DNA of 63,567 nt, the filler included, from Octopus bimaculoides (Eukaryota), in the NCBI RefSeq assembly GCF_001194135.2. It is 4 parts of 4 records of this genome, joined end to end, with 100 filler letters (N's around TTAATTAATTAA, not from the genome) between each part and the next. Parts side by side here need not be neighbours in the genome. Positions count along the whole stretch, not along the records: positions 1 to 22,757 come from NC_068982.1; 3 more parts are not named here. The stretch is one strand, 5' to 3'. The position numbers and the translations under genes are program-made. Of this stretch, positions 1 through 13,716 are shown in pieces. Within the stretch, counting starts at the first letter, position 1, and each line of letters starts with the position of its first letter. The notes under the pieces are model-generated. The model was given only the letters and a program-made list of their open reading frames with translations, had not been told where the DNA came from and searched no databases.

Positions 1-36
<36 letters not shown>

Positions 37-171
37 GCTGAGGCACAGCCAGTAGCATTCACGCGTGTTTCATTCCAAAACGTGTATCATATATAACTGC
101 ACCCATGAATATTTGAGTCTGCGGATATGATTAAGGTCGCATACAATATACACATAATGAAGAAGAACATG

Positions 172-1150
172 AAAATTTGAGGTTCTACACAGTTTCAAGT
201 AACCCTGCTTGTCAATAGTAACATCATTGTAGCATGTTCCATAGTAAACCATTTGATCATTTGCTCTTCGTCATTGCATGGATTCCTCTCTCCATTGTGA
301 TTTTGTTGCCAGAGGTGGTTTACAAGTTCGAAACAATGGGACCGAACCATATTCATCTGATTTATATGAAAGATCTTGAAATGTTAGCAATGTCAGAAAA
401 GGATATATCAAATACTGCTTATGTTGTGGGAATTCAGATGGAAATGAACATCTCATCGTGTGCACCAGGCACTACATGCGGGAGAAACGGGAAAATAACA
501 GTGGAATTGAATTACCTAATAGAGAAAGCGTGACAGACCTGGAAGAAGCAAGATATAAATACTTAGGTATCCGGGAGTTAGACGATATATTATATACGGA
601 AATACTAATCAAGTCCCTTTAGAACTATCGAGCATGGCAGACGAAGGAATGTTATTTCCTACTCTGGATTTTATAATTGAGGGAATTATTAACATAATAG
701 CAGGAGTCAGAAAAGTCTTGATTCCGTCAATGAAGATAATTTGTACAATTATACAATGAAGTACCTAAACAACTCCAACCATTATGTAACACACCCAACA
801 TTTACATTGAAAATGGATGTGCTGTAATGCTATTGTGAAATTTAAATAAGGTTATGGAATTTATAATGGGACAAGTATTCGAATAATTCATTTCTATAAA
901 TGCATGATTGAGATCCAGAGTGTTACAGAAGGTGAACATTCCGGAACGAATGTCATTCCACTAAGAATAAAACTGAGACCTTTTAACACTATTCTACCAT
1001 TCACGCGTATGTAATTGTAGTTTCCTGTTCAAGTGGCTTTCGTATAAACAGCCGATAAATCTTAGTGTTAACCCTTGTGTAAAACCGGTCTTTTCTTCTA
1101 ATATTATCTACTTGTGCTTGGACAAGTGTATGTAGATTTGTCAGAGACTG
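172..1150 (+). mobile_element. Helitron RepHel PIF1-like helicase C-terminal remnant (stops and frameshifts)
   Basis: Manual translation gives KFGG..., YLNNSNHYVTHPTFTLKM / GCAVMLL*NL, GYGIYNGTSIRII...EGEHSGTNVIPLRIKLRP, *FPVQVAFV*TADKS and GQVYVDLSE. These follow the order of the Helitron helicase motifs LKVGAPIMLLRNL, GLCNGTRL, QFPVRLAFAMTINKSQ and HGQLYVALSR. Boundaries approximate. Confidence 0.85.
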
Positions 1151-2931
1151 AATGAGCTGATACAGGTACAGATACCATGACAAAATATGTTACCATCATT
1201 CTGTACAGAAACGATTTGCATTATTAAAATATTAACTTTATACTTTATACAAGTGTACGTTTACAATATTTTTGCTTTTATTCTATTTTATTTTATTTTA
1301 ATTTTAAACATTATCATTCATCTATTATTAACATCAACTACTGCCAGTTGAAGTGGGAGAGAACATATACGAGTATATTGGAGGGGAAATATACTCGTGT
1401 GTCAATATGAATGCGTTAGAAAAATAACTGCTGAAATATGCGATTCTCTTAACGATACTCAAGAAAAGCATTAATGCTATGGATGTGAAGAAAGCTACCT
1501 CAAAATTATTCACAAGTAAGAAAGGAGTAACACAATGAGTCAAACATTTAAGTGAAAATTAAAAATGTGTTAGGAACTGGAGATTGTTAGATTACCGGCA
1601 TATAGTACGACGTTACAGGAAGAAATCTTTATTACAGTAAGATAAATAGTAAGATCATTATAAATTTAATTAACAATAAGTCTGAGCGAGATGTACACTG
1701 TAGCAGGACGACATCGTGAAGTATATTTTCTGCCTAAATGTGGCTGATACATATGGAACGATGTAGGGGTTATAAAATACAGTAGTATTGTACCATAGGT
1801 AAAACTATAATATACTTATAATTACATGCTATACTATAGGTGGCAACTATTCTATACTTGTAATTATTATTAATATCATGATTAAAATTATGATAATTAT
1901 ATTATCATAAAATAACATTTGTACGAATTGTAAAGACGAAATACTAGAAACGTCAAGAGCAAAAGATATATGTGCAGCACTAAATTTCGCTTTCATTAAT
2001 AATCATATATGTAGGTATACGTACTTGAAGTTAAATGCGCAATAAAAACTAGACATATTGCTTTCAACAAGCACATTCATGTGATTAATATAGAAGAACA
2101 TTGTTAATAATAAATAAATGCTTCGAGAAAAATTTCAATTATATTTTATCTACAGCCTGGTTCTTTTATTAGAATATAAGTACATACCCCAAAACAAAAG
2201 ATTAGTTTAGTGTCACACACAAACTTGGTGATGTTAATGTATGCGTATGTAATGGTTTATATACTGTTCAAGATGCAAGAATGACAATATTAAAATTGGT
2301 TCTGATGCAGGTCGATTGCATTTAGTAAGACAGTAACAAATATTACTGCCACAGAATTCTTCAGGGCGAGAAATGTTATGGTAACCGGTACTTTGTGATG
2401 AATCTCTGTAAAAATAATGCGTTGAATAAATGCATTAGGTAAAGTGCAAATTTTTGAGAGTTGTTATCTTAGATTTGGAGCAATATTGCTTAAGATTTCT
2501 GGCTTGTTTGAAGTACCAATAAAAGATACTTTAACAAATATTCAATAAAATACTGTCATACATTCACAGACACACACTCATAATCACACTTTGAATTGCG
2601 TTCGCTTACGCACACCAATATGTATAAGCTATACAAATAAAACATACCTGAGCCTGAGGAGCTTCAGGTATGAAAATACGTTTTCCAAGATGTAGTAAAG
2701 GGTACAGAAATGACATTTTCCTCAATATTCAGAAAGTATTTTATGCGTAGGAAATAAAATATTATAACTGAAAACGTATGTGGATGTGGCCAGATTGTGA
2801 TAAAAGTTTTACATGAGAGTAGAATGTATTTCTGTGGGTCAGGGTATGTTTTATGTAACTTCTACATTGTTTCTATTTTCATAAATTTTTCGCTCTTTCT
2901 TTTGTGCAAACTGTTCACTTTTTTAAATCCG

Positions 2932-3006
<75 letters not shown>

Positions 3007-3233
3007 CTACAAAGCATGGGGATTTAGTTTATAGGTGATCTAAACGAACATGTACGCTAGGTAAGTGCTGTTACGGATTACTGGAGCTCCTAGGTTATAA
3101 CCAAGAGGGTAGTTTTAGAGCCATTGCCGATTTCCGATACAGCGGATATATAATTGTTAAACAGGACGTCAAACATTAAGGCAAGGGAAACATTTCCAGT
3201 CATATACAATATTATTACAGTAAGAAATTTAAA

Positions 3234-3290
3234 ATCTTACAGCTGTTTCTGGGATATCTTCGAGTATGGGATATTCCGTCATTAGAGACA
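3234..3290 (-). ncRNA. Hammerhead motif, left-arm copy of foldback 1, with core mutation (CTAATGA)
   Basis: Minus strand reads gtct-CTAATGA-cggaatatcc...gatatccca-GAA-ACAGCTGT-A-agat. Stem III is a perfect palindrome. The G5A change probably inactivates it. Confidence 0.5.
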
Positions 3291-3823
3291 AATTGGGGAA
3301 AATATATGGAAAATGAGAATGATATATATCAATAAGATGGCAACATAGCGGAAGAGATTAAAATAATAAGGAGATAGAAGGAGAGAAGTAAAAAGAGGCA
3401 TAAAAGTTCATAGGTAAACTTTCCAAAATTATAGAAACCAAAGCGGGAGTCCATATGTGCAATGCTGAGTAGATCCATGAGTTCAATCCTGTGTATATCC
3501 ATGTAGGTTAAATTCCATATATGGCAGACATCACAAGAAAATGACGCGTACATATTAACCTTCAATAACAGAATGGTTATTCAACGTTGATATGTTCGCG
3601 TCTTTTTCTTGAGTTATCTACTATATAAATACCTTAACTCACATGGATATGCGCAAGATTGCAGCTATGGACACTTGCTGTAGCTTCTATAACTTCGGAA
3701 ACTTGGTCTATGAATTTTATGCCTTTTCCTTCTCTCTTTCTATCTCCTTATTCTTTTACTTCCTTCCTCTATTGTCCTTTTATTGATATATACTTTTCTT
3801 ATTATCGATATTTGTTCCCCAAT

Positions 3824-3885
3824 TTACCTCTGATGATGGAATATCCCATGCTCGAGGAGGATATCCCAGAAATAGCTGTAAGATT
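3824..3885 (+). ncRNA. Minimal type I hammerhead ribozyme motif (right arm of foldback 1)
   Basis: CTGATGA (3830-3836), stem II tggaatatcc...ggatatccca, GAAA (3869-3872), near-palindromic stem III ATAGCTGT, GUA cleavage triplet, and a short imperfect stem I acct/agat. Confidence 0.6.
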
Positions 3886-4070
3886 TTTTTATTTTGTCCT
3901 GTAATAATATTGTATATGACTTGAGATGTTTGCCTTGCCTAAATGTTTCACGTCCTGTTTAACAATTATATATATATATACAGAGAAAGGGAGAGGGAGA
4001 GAGAGTATGTGTGTGAGACAGAGTGATATATGCATATATGTGAGTCTGTATGTGTACGCGAGACTCCTTT

Positions 4071-4218
4071 CAGTTTTCGTCTACAAAATCCACTCAGAAC
4101 GATTTGATCACTGCGTGGCTATAATAGAAGACTCTTGCCGAAGGTGCCACGCAGTAGAACTGAACCCGGAAACATGTGGCTGGAAAGCAAGCTTCCTACC
4201 ACGCAACCATCCCTGTGC
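4071..4218 (-). mobile_element. SINE family A, tRNA-like head fragment
   Basis: Reverse complement matches the head of the copy at 35215 (gtggtaag..cttgct..ccacat..ttccgggttcagt..cactgc.tg.cac.tt.ggcaa). Confidence 0.75.
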
Positions 4219-4568
4219 TTAATTATATATATATATATATTCATATATTTTATGTATGTGTGTGCATGTGTGAGTGTGTGTGTTGTTTTTTTTTCATTGC
4301 TGGTATGCTGTTTCTTCAAAGACGAGCTGTGTGAAAATCCAGAAAAGACTATTTATAAACTACGAAAATTATTCTTACCTATCATCATTCCCTGATAATA
4401 TGGGTAGAGTTTGAACATCTATATCCCTAGCATTATGTTAATATCTCTCATAGGATGACAAGTGAATAAATAATGACTTCAATTTCCTTTGAACCAAACC
4501 TTTCTACAGTGCTTTAATATTAAAATGCACACTCAAATGTTTAGTAGTTAACATTATACTATTCTCTT

Positions 4569-4631
<63 letters not shown>

Positions 4632-4902
4632 NNNNNNNNNNNNNNNNNNNNNNNNNNNNNNNNNNNNNNNNNNNNNNNNNNNNNNNNNNNNNNNNNNNNN
4701 NNNNNNNNNNNNNNNNNNNNNNNNNNNNNNNNNNNNNNNNNNNNNNNNNNNNNNNNNNNNNNNNNNNNNNNNNNNNNNNNNNNNNNNNNNNNNNNNNNNN
4801 NNNNNNNNNNNNNNNNNNNNNNNNNNNNNNNNNNNNNNNNNNNNNNNNNNNNNNNNNNNNNNNNNNNNNNNNNNNNNNNNNNNNNNNNNNNNNNNNNNNN
4901 NN

Positions 4903-4936
<34 letters not shown>

Positions 4937-6965
4937 CGTGTTTGTGTGTGTGTGTATTTAAAGAAGCGTCGAAGTGTAGTGCAAATCAAATGACTATAAA
5001 TTGTATGTGACTGTAGCATTTGCTTTCGTTTCTTGTTTCCGTTTGAGGATGTTGTTTAGAGAAAGTCTAGTTACATATTTACAAATCTTACGTATATTTG
5101 GCAAACAAGCTTAACAAGTTGCAAAACGATCATATGTTAATAACAACCAATTCTCAACGGCTGTGAACAAAGGATACTGTCTGTAATATATTACTGACCT
5201 TTGATATCGGCGTATCGAGTTATCAAAGAAGGAAAAGTAAATATAACGCATACATATGTATATGAGGTATTGTATAATTGTGTGAAAAGTAAACGGAAAA
5301 TATATTTTTTGCAGCGAAAGGGATATTGGCTCAAAATCACTGAATTGCGATTAAGTATATTAGTATATAATATAATCTAGAAGTAAAAAGTACTGAAATA
5401 TCCCTTTATATCAGCATTTTTGCCATTAATGCTTAATCAAAGCAATAATTTATTCATCTTACTAATGAACTGCGGTGAGAACAATTTACCTTCTTGTGCA
5501 TTACCTCTCATCATGATTGTGATTCTTCAATAAAGTTAAGATTGTGGACTCCAGTGTGATGGGAATATGGAATCCCAAATCTTACCCTAAATAGGTTTCA
5601 TCAGTGAAGACCCATGCCCCCCAGTATTTTACTAACCACCTTTAAATACGAGTAACATTGATCACACATCAAGCCTTCATTTCTGTATTGGAAATGAAAG
5701 GGTAATAACGACAAAGTTGATGAATTAGAATTACACACATTCTTAAATAACAATTGCGTCTGCTGTAAACTATTTGGAACATAGATCCGTTTCATTAGAT
5801 CTCACTTGTTACATACCTTAAACATGTTGCTAATATGTGAATCAACAGAATTATCATAAATGAAGTTGTATGACAAAATAGTCGTTTCATGTGCATGTTC
5901 GTGTATTCTATCTAAAATTATCATTATGAAAATATGTAACAAAATTGTTACGTGATTACCAACTTCATCTGATATCTCAACCTGCGCAACATGTTCAGTT
6001 GATCTTGTTACCTATTCACAGAATTAAAAAAGAGATTTTTGCTGGTACGTTTTGTTGAAATAACGCATAAAACAATCACAAATTTATTGTGAAACGAAAA
6101 GAGCCTCGATTCAGAGAATGCAATGGCCATCATAGTGATAATATGTTTTACTTATGGCATAGTCAAATCAGATATCGAGGCGCTAGCGACACACGGTGTT
6201 GGAAGAAGGTTGAACATTTTCTCCACCGGGCAAAACTGGTCTAAGCGATTACAAGATATTACACTATGATAACATCGCGCTATTATGCAGGTACTAGCTC
6301 CAAGTTTCCCTCAGCAGGCTTAGTTTTAAGCAGCAGTGCATTAAGATCGATACCGAAACTATGTAATATCAAAGCGAAATTCATAACAATACATCGCTCT
6401 CTGTGTGCATGTCACAAGTTATTTGCAGCCTAACCAGGAGCGTTCTAACACAAGAAATATCTTTAAAAGATTTTTTTTTCTATAGTACTCAGATCATATT
6501 TATTACTATAATAAAATAGTTCCAATATTAATTATTAGATCAATTTATTTGGAATCTTGACAACATCCGGAAGTGGCTTGATGTCGAGGGACAGACAGAA
6601 TTAGAATTCAGCACTGAATGAGAAGCATTTCAGGGTTTGAAAATGTTCCGACACTTTATTTTGAGCAAATCAAGAAATAATGTCGCTATTAAAAATATTT
6701 GAAATACATACAGTTTTCCCTGTGTATATATATATATATATATATTTGATCCCAGGAAACAATATGTCGATAAAAAGTTCGGTTCAAATCTCCATCCGTT
6801 TGTTTCTACAGATTGACCAGGACTACTCAGGGTGACCAAGACGTTTACTCTGTAATTTGGTAATCGGTGGAGAGTGACCCGAATTATGTAGTATACACAC
6901 GCTCGCGCGCACACACACCCGCACACCTTCGTTTTGCCTTCGTTTGATTTCTCTGTGTGTGTATG

Positions 6966-7001
<36 letters not shown>

Positions 7002-8681
7002 TTTACAGACTGAGACAGAGAGAGGGAGAGATTACTTGTATGTGTATTAATTTCGTTGAGATGTCATAACATATTTGTTTATTGACGGGATTTTATGTAA
7101 TATAGAATATATTACTGTCATTAACAAATCACATAAACTAATATTGTGCGCACAGTTACATAGTGATGAGTATAAATATTGTATCGCCTAATAAATACAT
7201 CTAGGTACATGTTGTTATCTAGGAACGCCAGAAAGAACAGAAAATATACATTAAATTAACACTGCTATTAAACAAAGCTGGATGAAACAGTTGAAAATAT
7301 AATCGTAGTTATACACGAAGCAATATTCATAAATAACAGATTCAATTTCCATGTATAGAAGATCTTTGATAATGTTTTCCTTCTATGAGGGATGTATACT
7401 TGTAGGGGCTATGCTCATAACTTTTGCAGGTGCTCTTGAACTGCTTCACATGAATATTTATGCGTCAATCTATCACATTCTGACAGACTCGAAATTCTTA
7501 GCTGTATGTTTTGACTATCTGAATACAATATATTATATACAAAATTTCATGATTTAATAGCATTAACGTGCATTTGCAGACTTCATCTTGAATCATGCTA
7601 GATAATACAATTGAATATTATAGATTGATATGGAACGATAGTAATAAATGCTTTCAGTATGCATTTAAAATATCTAGTTACTGAAATATATTGACGTAAA
7701 TTAGAATGCATTATATAACATTAGAATAGAGGTGAAATTTACAATAGTAAATCTGGCTGACACAAACGTGTCTTATTGGTCGATATGTCTTCAGCATATA
7801 GCATGCACTGGGTTAACAATCCAGTTTCACATATATAATTACAGAGCTAAGAATCTATTCCACATGCAAAGTAACTTAACTGAACGTAATTTTACAAGCA
7901 TGCAAAATATTGTTTTCTACGAAGATTCAACCGTACAACAATACAATGAACAGCAAAACTCGAAATTCTCCTGAATTATGAAAACCATAGTTGTTGTCAC
8001 AATGTTTTTTTGTTTTTTTTTCGGTTTAGTTTTAAAAAATATGTATACTTATTGTGTAATTTTCACTGCAGGTTCATCTCTTCTTGCATTGTACAAAAGA
8101 ACAAATAAAGATCAGAACTTAGAGAAGCTGCCTACGTAGATTATATGAAATATAAACGGCATCTTCTATGCTTTGAGTTTGTCAGTTACACAATCGTCAT
8201 ATACCAAGTCCAAGCAAGGCCTTCTCTGAAATAGAGGAAGCACCTATACAACATCGAAGGCAACAGCAATATAAAAAATAACTCTGCACGCAAAACAATA
8301 TTGAAGGACATTATTAAAGAATACAATGCAAGAAGGTCATATGTTATAAAGTCATCTTTATTATTGGCTTCCTCATACTGATATTTTTCATGTTAAATGG
8401 GAGCTAGAACATTCCTTATATTAGCGGTAAACATAATAAGTGAAAGCATGCAGTATATTTGTCTCTATCAGCATTCAAAATATTACATCTTCATGAATAA
8501 ATTGTCAAGTCCACCTACTGACGTCGATAATGACACTACAAGAAAGGAACATGCTACAAACTTCTATTATTTAATCGTATGTTGTTTGCGCGAGGTGTCG
8601 GAATATGTATGTATGTATGTATGTCTCTATCTATCTGTCTGTATGTCTGTCTGTATGTATGTATATATATATATATTAATT

Positions 8682-8907
8682 CTTTACTACCCACAAGGGG
8701 CTACACACAGAGGGGACAAACAAAGACAGACAAACGGATTAAGTCGATTATATCGACCCCAGTGCGTAACTGGTACTTATTTAGTCGACCCCGAAAGGAT
8801 GAAAGGCAAAGTCGAGCTCGGCGGAATGTGAACTCAGAACGTAGCGGCAGACGAAATACCGCTAAGCATTCCGCCCGGCGTGCTAACGTTTCTGCCAGCT
8901 CGCCGCC
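8682..8907 (-). mobile_element. SINE family B, full-length copy
   Basis: Near-identical reverse complement of 57273-57499 (ggcggcgagctggcagaaacgttagcacgccgggc...gagttc..attccg.cgag.tcgactttgcctttcatcc). tRNA-like A/B boxes are present. Confidence 0.85.
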
Positions 8908-9262
8908 TGGTATATATATGTATGTATGTATGNNNNNNNNNNNNNNNNNNNNNNNNNNNNNNNNNNNNNNNNNNNNNNNNNNNNNNNNNNNNNNNNNNNN
9001 NNNNNNNNNNNNNNNNNNNNNNNNNNNNNNNNNNNNNNNNNNNNNNNNNNNNNNNNNNNNNNNNNNNNNNNNNNNNNNNNNNNNNNNNNNNNNNNNNNNT
9101 AAAAATACAAAATGAGACAAGAACGCAAAACATCCAGACAATTAGGGGATACACAAAATGGACAACAAAACATCCATATGGACGATACAAAGAAAACAAG
9201 GGCGGATCATTCAGAGTTTCTCTCTTCAGTCGAGTTCCGGATTATCTTTGAAATTTCGGCTG

Positions 9263-9606
9263 GTTATACATGAGATTGCTCCAATCTGGCCAACCCCAAA
9301 GAAAAACTAAACTAAGAGCATTATATTCTTTGGAAGAAAGCAGCGAATGTATACGAAAACAAAGACCGAATAAAACAGAGAATGTTATACAAATACAAAT
9401 AACAGGACGTAACAACAGGTGTCTTTCGACTAAGGACGAATTAAATTAAACTGACGTGTGTGGAAGTTAAGCCTTACGGAATGGGTACACGATTTCACAG
9501 GCACTGGGAGGACTATTAGATGTTGCTACTTTCTTCCAAGGAATCTAATGCCCTTCGCTTAGTTTTTCTTTGGAGCTGGCTAGCTTGGAGCAATCTCGAG
9601 TATAAC
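9263..9606. repeat. Inverted duplication (~84 bp arms at 9263-9345 and 9523-9606) inside a decayed repeat
   Basis: gttatacatgagattgctccaatctggccaaccccaaagaaaaactaa... matches the reverse complement of ...ttagtttttctttggagctggctagcttggagcaatctcgagtataac. Confidence 0.7.
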
Positions 9607-11094
9607 AATTATCTTGGCAATCAGAAAGAAGAATATTATGAATTACTAGAAGGGATTCTCTTCAATTTTCATAAATATGACCTCAAAGTTCGTTACATTC
9701 TCTGGAAACACTTCCCATAAATCAGTTGTGGCTTAAGCGAAATGCAAAAAAGAAATTTCAAGGGAAATAAAACATTCATAGAGGCGATCCAGGAAAGTTT
9801 GGTAGAAATATGCTGACACATATTTCGAGTGAAATTTTCAGAAATAATATCCTGATTACTCTGACTCTAGAAATTCCTGTAAAAGGAAGTTGTCTTGACC
9901 ATTCGGTCATTTTATATATTTTAATTGTGTATTAAAATTTATAAATATTTTATTGCAGTACAGTTTAAGAGATTGTTCAGAGATAAACTGATTTAGAAAT
10001 GTTTGAATGTTTTAATAGGGTGCAATATATTTGTGGCAGTAATATAGATGTTATATTTGCAACGAAATATCAACCCATTAAGCAGTCACATCTTATAGGT
10101 TAAAACAAACACGTGATTAAAATTATTATATAAATATTTATTCCTCTCGAATTTTGAATTCCTATTTTGAATGTCGTGTTTGATAATAGCAGTTAGTAAT
10201 GTCACTATACTACCCAATGTGAGTGCCTGTGTATCGTGTGTGTGTTTGTTTGTCTGTGAAAACATGTATATGAGACTTGTGTCTGTGTTTGTGTGTGCGT
10301 GTATGTGTATAAGCAAAATTCCTAGTGTAATCGAATAGTGTAATCGGACGAGAAATTGTTCAAGCTATTAAAACTATTAAAGCTAAAACTTAAAGTTTTA
10401 CTAGATGAGTGAAACAGATGGTCTGCACACATATGCAAAAATAAAACAGCACGAAAAACACATATACGTGCAACACATATTCACCATCTATCTCTGTTAG
10501 TATGCCCATAATCCTAATGATATCATGCTTCACTGAAAGATTAAATAAACTCAGACTATACTAATGGTCACCTAAGGCTATACACACACACACACAGAAG
10601 CCACATACAACCATACAAATTAGGCAGACAATTATAACAGCACATATATCTTCAAACAGATCTAAGACTGAAATTCAGACATAAATATACACTCCAACAG
10701 AACCATCACTGCAAGCATAGACATTAACGCATGCTAGGGAGAAGGCACCTAAGCACAGCCTTATATGCGTAATCTATAACCATACTTGTATGCAAAATCT
10801 TCAAACATTTATGCACAAATGTAGTAGCAAAATACACGCTATAATTGAAAGAAAAATGCAAGCAAACATGGACGCAGATACGAGGATGCGTAACACAAAT
10901 GAGGCTTATTTCGAATAAGCAATGCTAATATTTTCAAGAATAAGCTTTGAAATCGTATTATTCAACATTATGAACAAAGTCTACAAATATTTATACGCGT
11001 GTCTTTGTGTAAAATTATGTGTATACGCGTACTGATATTCGTATTTATACACACAAACACACATGCACACACACACACATACATATATACATAC

Positions 11095-11179
<85 letters not shown>

Positions 11180-11731
11180 CAAACTCATATACTCATTTAG
11201 AAAAACATTTATTCTTAATAGCTAACAAAATTAGTCCGCTTCTGCAGGCTACCTTTCCGTCACACTACAGCACCTCACGTGTGCCTTCAATAACCACTTT
11301 TTTTGCCAACACATGATTGCTACGGCGTTAAGATTCCTGTTTCGTTTGCACATTGCGTTGCTATTCATACTGCCAGATGTCCGCACCACTCAGGAGTGTT
11401 CAATTAGACAATGCGTCACACGTGAACATGTGGTGCCTTTTGTAGAGCAAAGCGTATTTTCGCATTGTCCTAAACTGACACTCCTTGATAATGTACGTAA
11501 CTATATGTATGCGTGCATGTATATTTTTCATCTTCTATCTGTATCATTCATAAGACTGTGGGCACGTCTTGTAGGCTTTTCGTCAAATGAATAAACCCCA
11601 TCATATATTTTTCTTTAAGTTTGGAACTTATTCTCTCAGTCATTTTGCTGAACCGTTATGTTACGTGGATATAAACAAACCAGAACCAGTTGTAAAGTAG
11701 TGATGGAAGAGAAACACAATATAAAATCATA

Positions 11732-11798
<67 letters not shown>

Positions 11799-11815
11799 GT
11801 GTGTGTGTGTGTGTC

Positions 11816-11847
<32 letters not shown>

Positions 11848-12173
11848 CATGTATATATGTATGTACGTATATATTTGTATGTGTAGACTCACACGCACAA
11901 ACGCATGCCCGTGTGTGTGTGTGTGCGTGTGTGTGTCTTTGTATTTGTGTACGAGAAGCTTCTTTTAGTTTCACTCTAACAAATCCACTCACAATGGTCG
12001 AAGATATAGTAGAAGGCATTATCTAGTATAGTGGCTAATAGATCAGTGTATTTAGCATTGCTACTATTTATGATATAAGGAACATTTGCAGTAGTAAAGT
12101 AAGATAAACACAAGTATAAAGTTGTATTAGTTACTACATCCCTGTAACATAACATAATCAAGAATTCCCCGGA

Positions 12174-12223
<50 letters not shown>

Positions 12224-12273
12224 ACTTGGGGATGGTCATATTGCCAGTTTAGCCAATAAATCTTGCAAAACAA

Positions 12274-12306
<33 letters not shown>

Positions 12307-13000
12307 AGCGATAAGAACATGGAGGGGAACAGGTGGCACCCAGATATTATCCCTTAGTGGGTTGGATGCGCACAGATGAGCAGATATTTATTTTATGCAT
12401 ATTAATTTACATTTATTTACAGACATTCTCGTAACTCTTTGGTTTTAAATAGATCGTATAGTATTGCCACCTTTCGGAGGAAGTCCTGCACATACATAGA
12501 AAATACAAATGTTTTTGACTGCTTGGAAAATGGCAGAAAATAATTATGCTTAGGAATTCGTTTACATCAGTTTTTCGCATTCATAACGCAATTCATAATC
12601 TTTCTTATTATTTCTTAAAGCAAGAAACTTGAAACGTTTCAAAAACATTTATAACAAGTGTAATATATTACCGAGAATTCTGTAAGAAGAATGTGGATTG
12701 TGTTGCCGTATTACGTCTGTATAAAACGTTATATGAAATATATCATTTGCTTTCCAATAATTTTACATGAAAAAAAGGGTTATTAATCATTTCTATTGTT
12801 ACTTTTACAAGTTTTACTCATATAATTTTATACATTTTTATTCTTGCTTTACTCTATATCTTGTTTTTCAATTTTTTGGAATTTATTAATATGTTTATCT
12901 CTAGTATTCATAGTGCGAAAAATCTTTAACTTTATTATTATGAACATAAATACATTAATATTATACCTGCTACTTCTGCTGCTGCTACTGTTGCTTCTGT

Positions 13001-13037
<37 letters not shown>

Positions 13038-13387
13038 GCTACAATAAATATTTTACACAATATATTACATATGGCGTCTATTTTCTGCTTTGTCATTTAT
13101 CGTGTCACAAGCACCTAAGGTAACAGTTTTCTATGTTTGCAGTGACCAAATAATTTATTAAAGATATTTAGTGTTTTCTTAACTATTTCCGCTAGATGAC
13201 ACCGCATTCTTTGGGATATGATACCTAAAGCATATAGCAACTGGAATTACCGTGCAATTTGGATACAGGAATTACTAAATTTTATTTATTTTTAATTTCC
13301 TTCTTCTTCAGTTCTATATTTAAGAGATGAGGAATTATATACATTATTTACATTTGACGGATATTTGTCCTCATCTTGTTTGTTGTT

Positions 13388-13433
13388 AACACAACGTTTC
13401 GGCTGATATACCCTCCAGCCTTCGTCAGATGTC
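13388..13433 (-). ncRNA. Minimal type I hammerhead ribozyme motif with intact core
   Basis: Minus strand RNA: GACAU-CUGACGA-A-GGCUG-GAGGGUAUAU-CAGCC-GAA-ACGU-U-GUGUU. Stem I is GACAU/GUGUU, stem II has 5 bp, stem III is the palindrome ACGU, and the triplet is GUU. Confidence 0.68.
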
Positions 13434-13522
13434 TTGGGGAAATTTCGAACCTGGGTTCTCATTCCTAACGATGTTACTATTATTATATTATTATTATTAT
13501 TATTATTATTACTATTATTAAT

Positions 13523-13597
13523 CAGGTCGCTGCCGTGAATCGAACTCGGAACCTTGGGGTTAGTAGCCCGCGCTCTTAACCACTACGCCATATGCCC
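13523..13597 (-). mobile_element. tRNA-derived SINE-type head (not a functional tRNA)
   Basis: Minus strand GGGCATATGGCGTAGTGGTTAAGAGCGCGGGCTACTAACCCCAAGGTTCCGAGTTCGATTC has an A box (TGGCGTAGTGG) and a B box (GTTCGATTC). Acceptor and anticodon stems pair poorly. Confidence 0.75.
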
Positions 13598-13670
13598 GTG
13601 GGCATAATAATAATAATATAATAATAGTAACATCGTTAGGAATGAGAACCCATGTTCGAAATTTCTCCAA

Positions 13671-13716
13671 GAAACCTGACGAAGGCTTGAGGGTATATCA
13701 GCCGAAACGTTGTGTT
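13671..13716 (+). ncRNA. Second hammerhead copy (right arm of the 13340-13772 element)
   Basis: gaaac-CTGACGA-a-ggct..agcc-GAAACGT-T-gtgtt. The core is intact. Stem I has one mismatch and stem II has 4 bp. Confidence 0.6.

Larger units (their letters stand above)
3147..3971. mobile_element. ~825 bp foldback (imperfect palindrome, ~410 bp arms, 6-nt loop at 3570-3575), putative non-autonomous PLE-related element
   Basis: Left end ataattgttaaacaggacgt matches the reverse complement of right end acgtcctgtttaacaattat. Symmetry continues inward to caataac-agaatg-gttattc. The arms are visibly diverged. Confidence 0.85.

Noticed and set aside
1369-1398. Perfect 11 bp hairpin acgagtatatt/aatatactcgt downstream of the Helitron helicase remnant
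   Set aside because: AT-rich and not followed by CTRR, so not a convincing Helitron 3' end.
2644-2686. CTGAGGA...GAAA hammerhead-like string inside a catacctga/tcaggtatg hairpin
   Set aside because: Stems I and II cannot form in the required register.
6123-6270. Short ORF MAIIVIICFTYGIVKSDIEALATHGVGRR... resembling a neuropeptide precursor with a G-RR site
   Set aside because: Only ~48 codons with a marginal signal peptide and no other support, so compatible with chance.
9205-9235. Minus-strand CTGAAGA-GA-GAAAC
   Set aside because: No stem II, and no stem III or NUH triplet.
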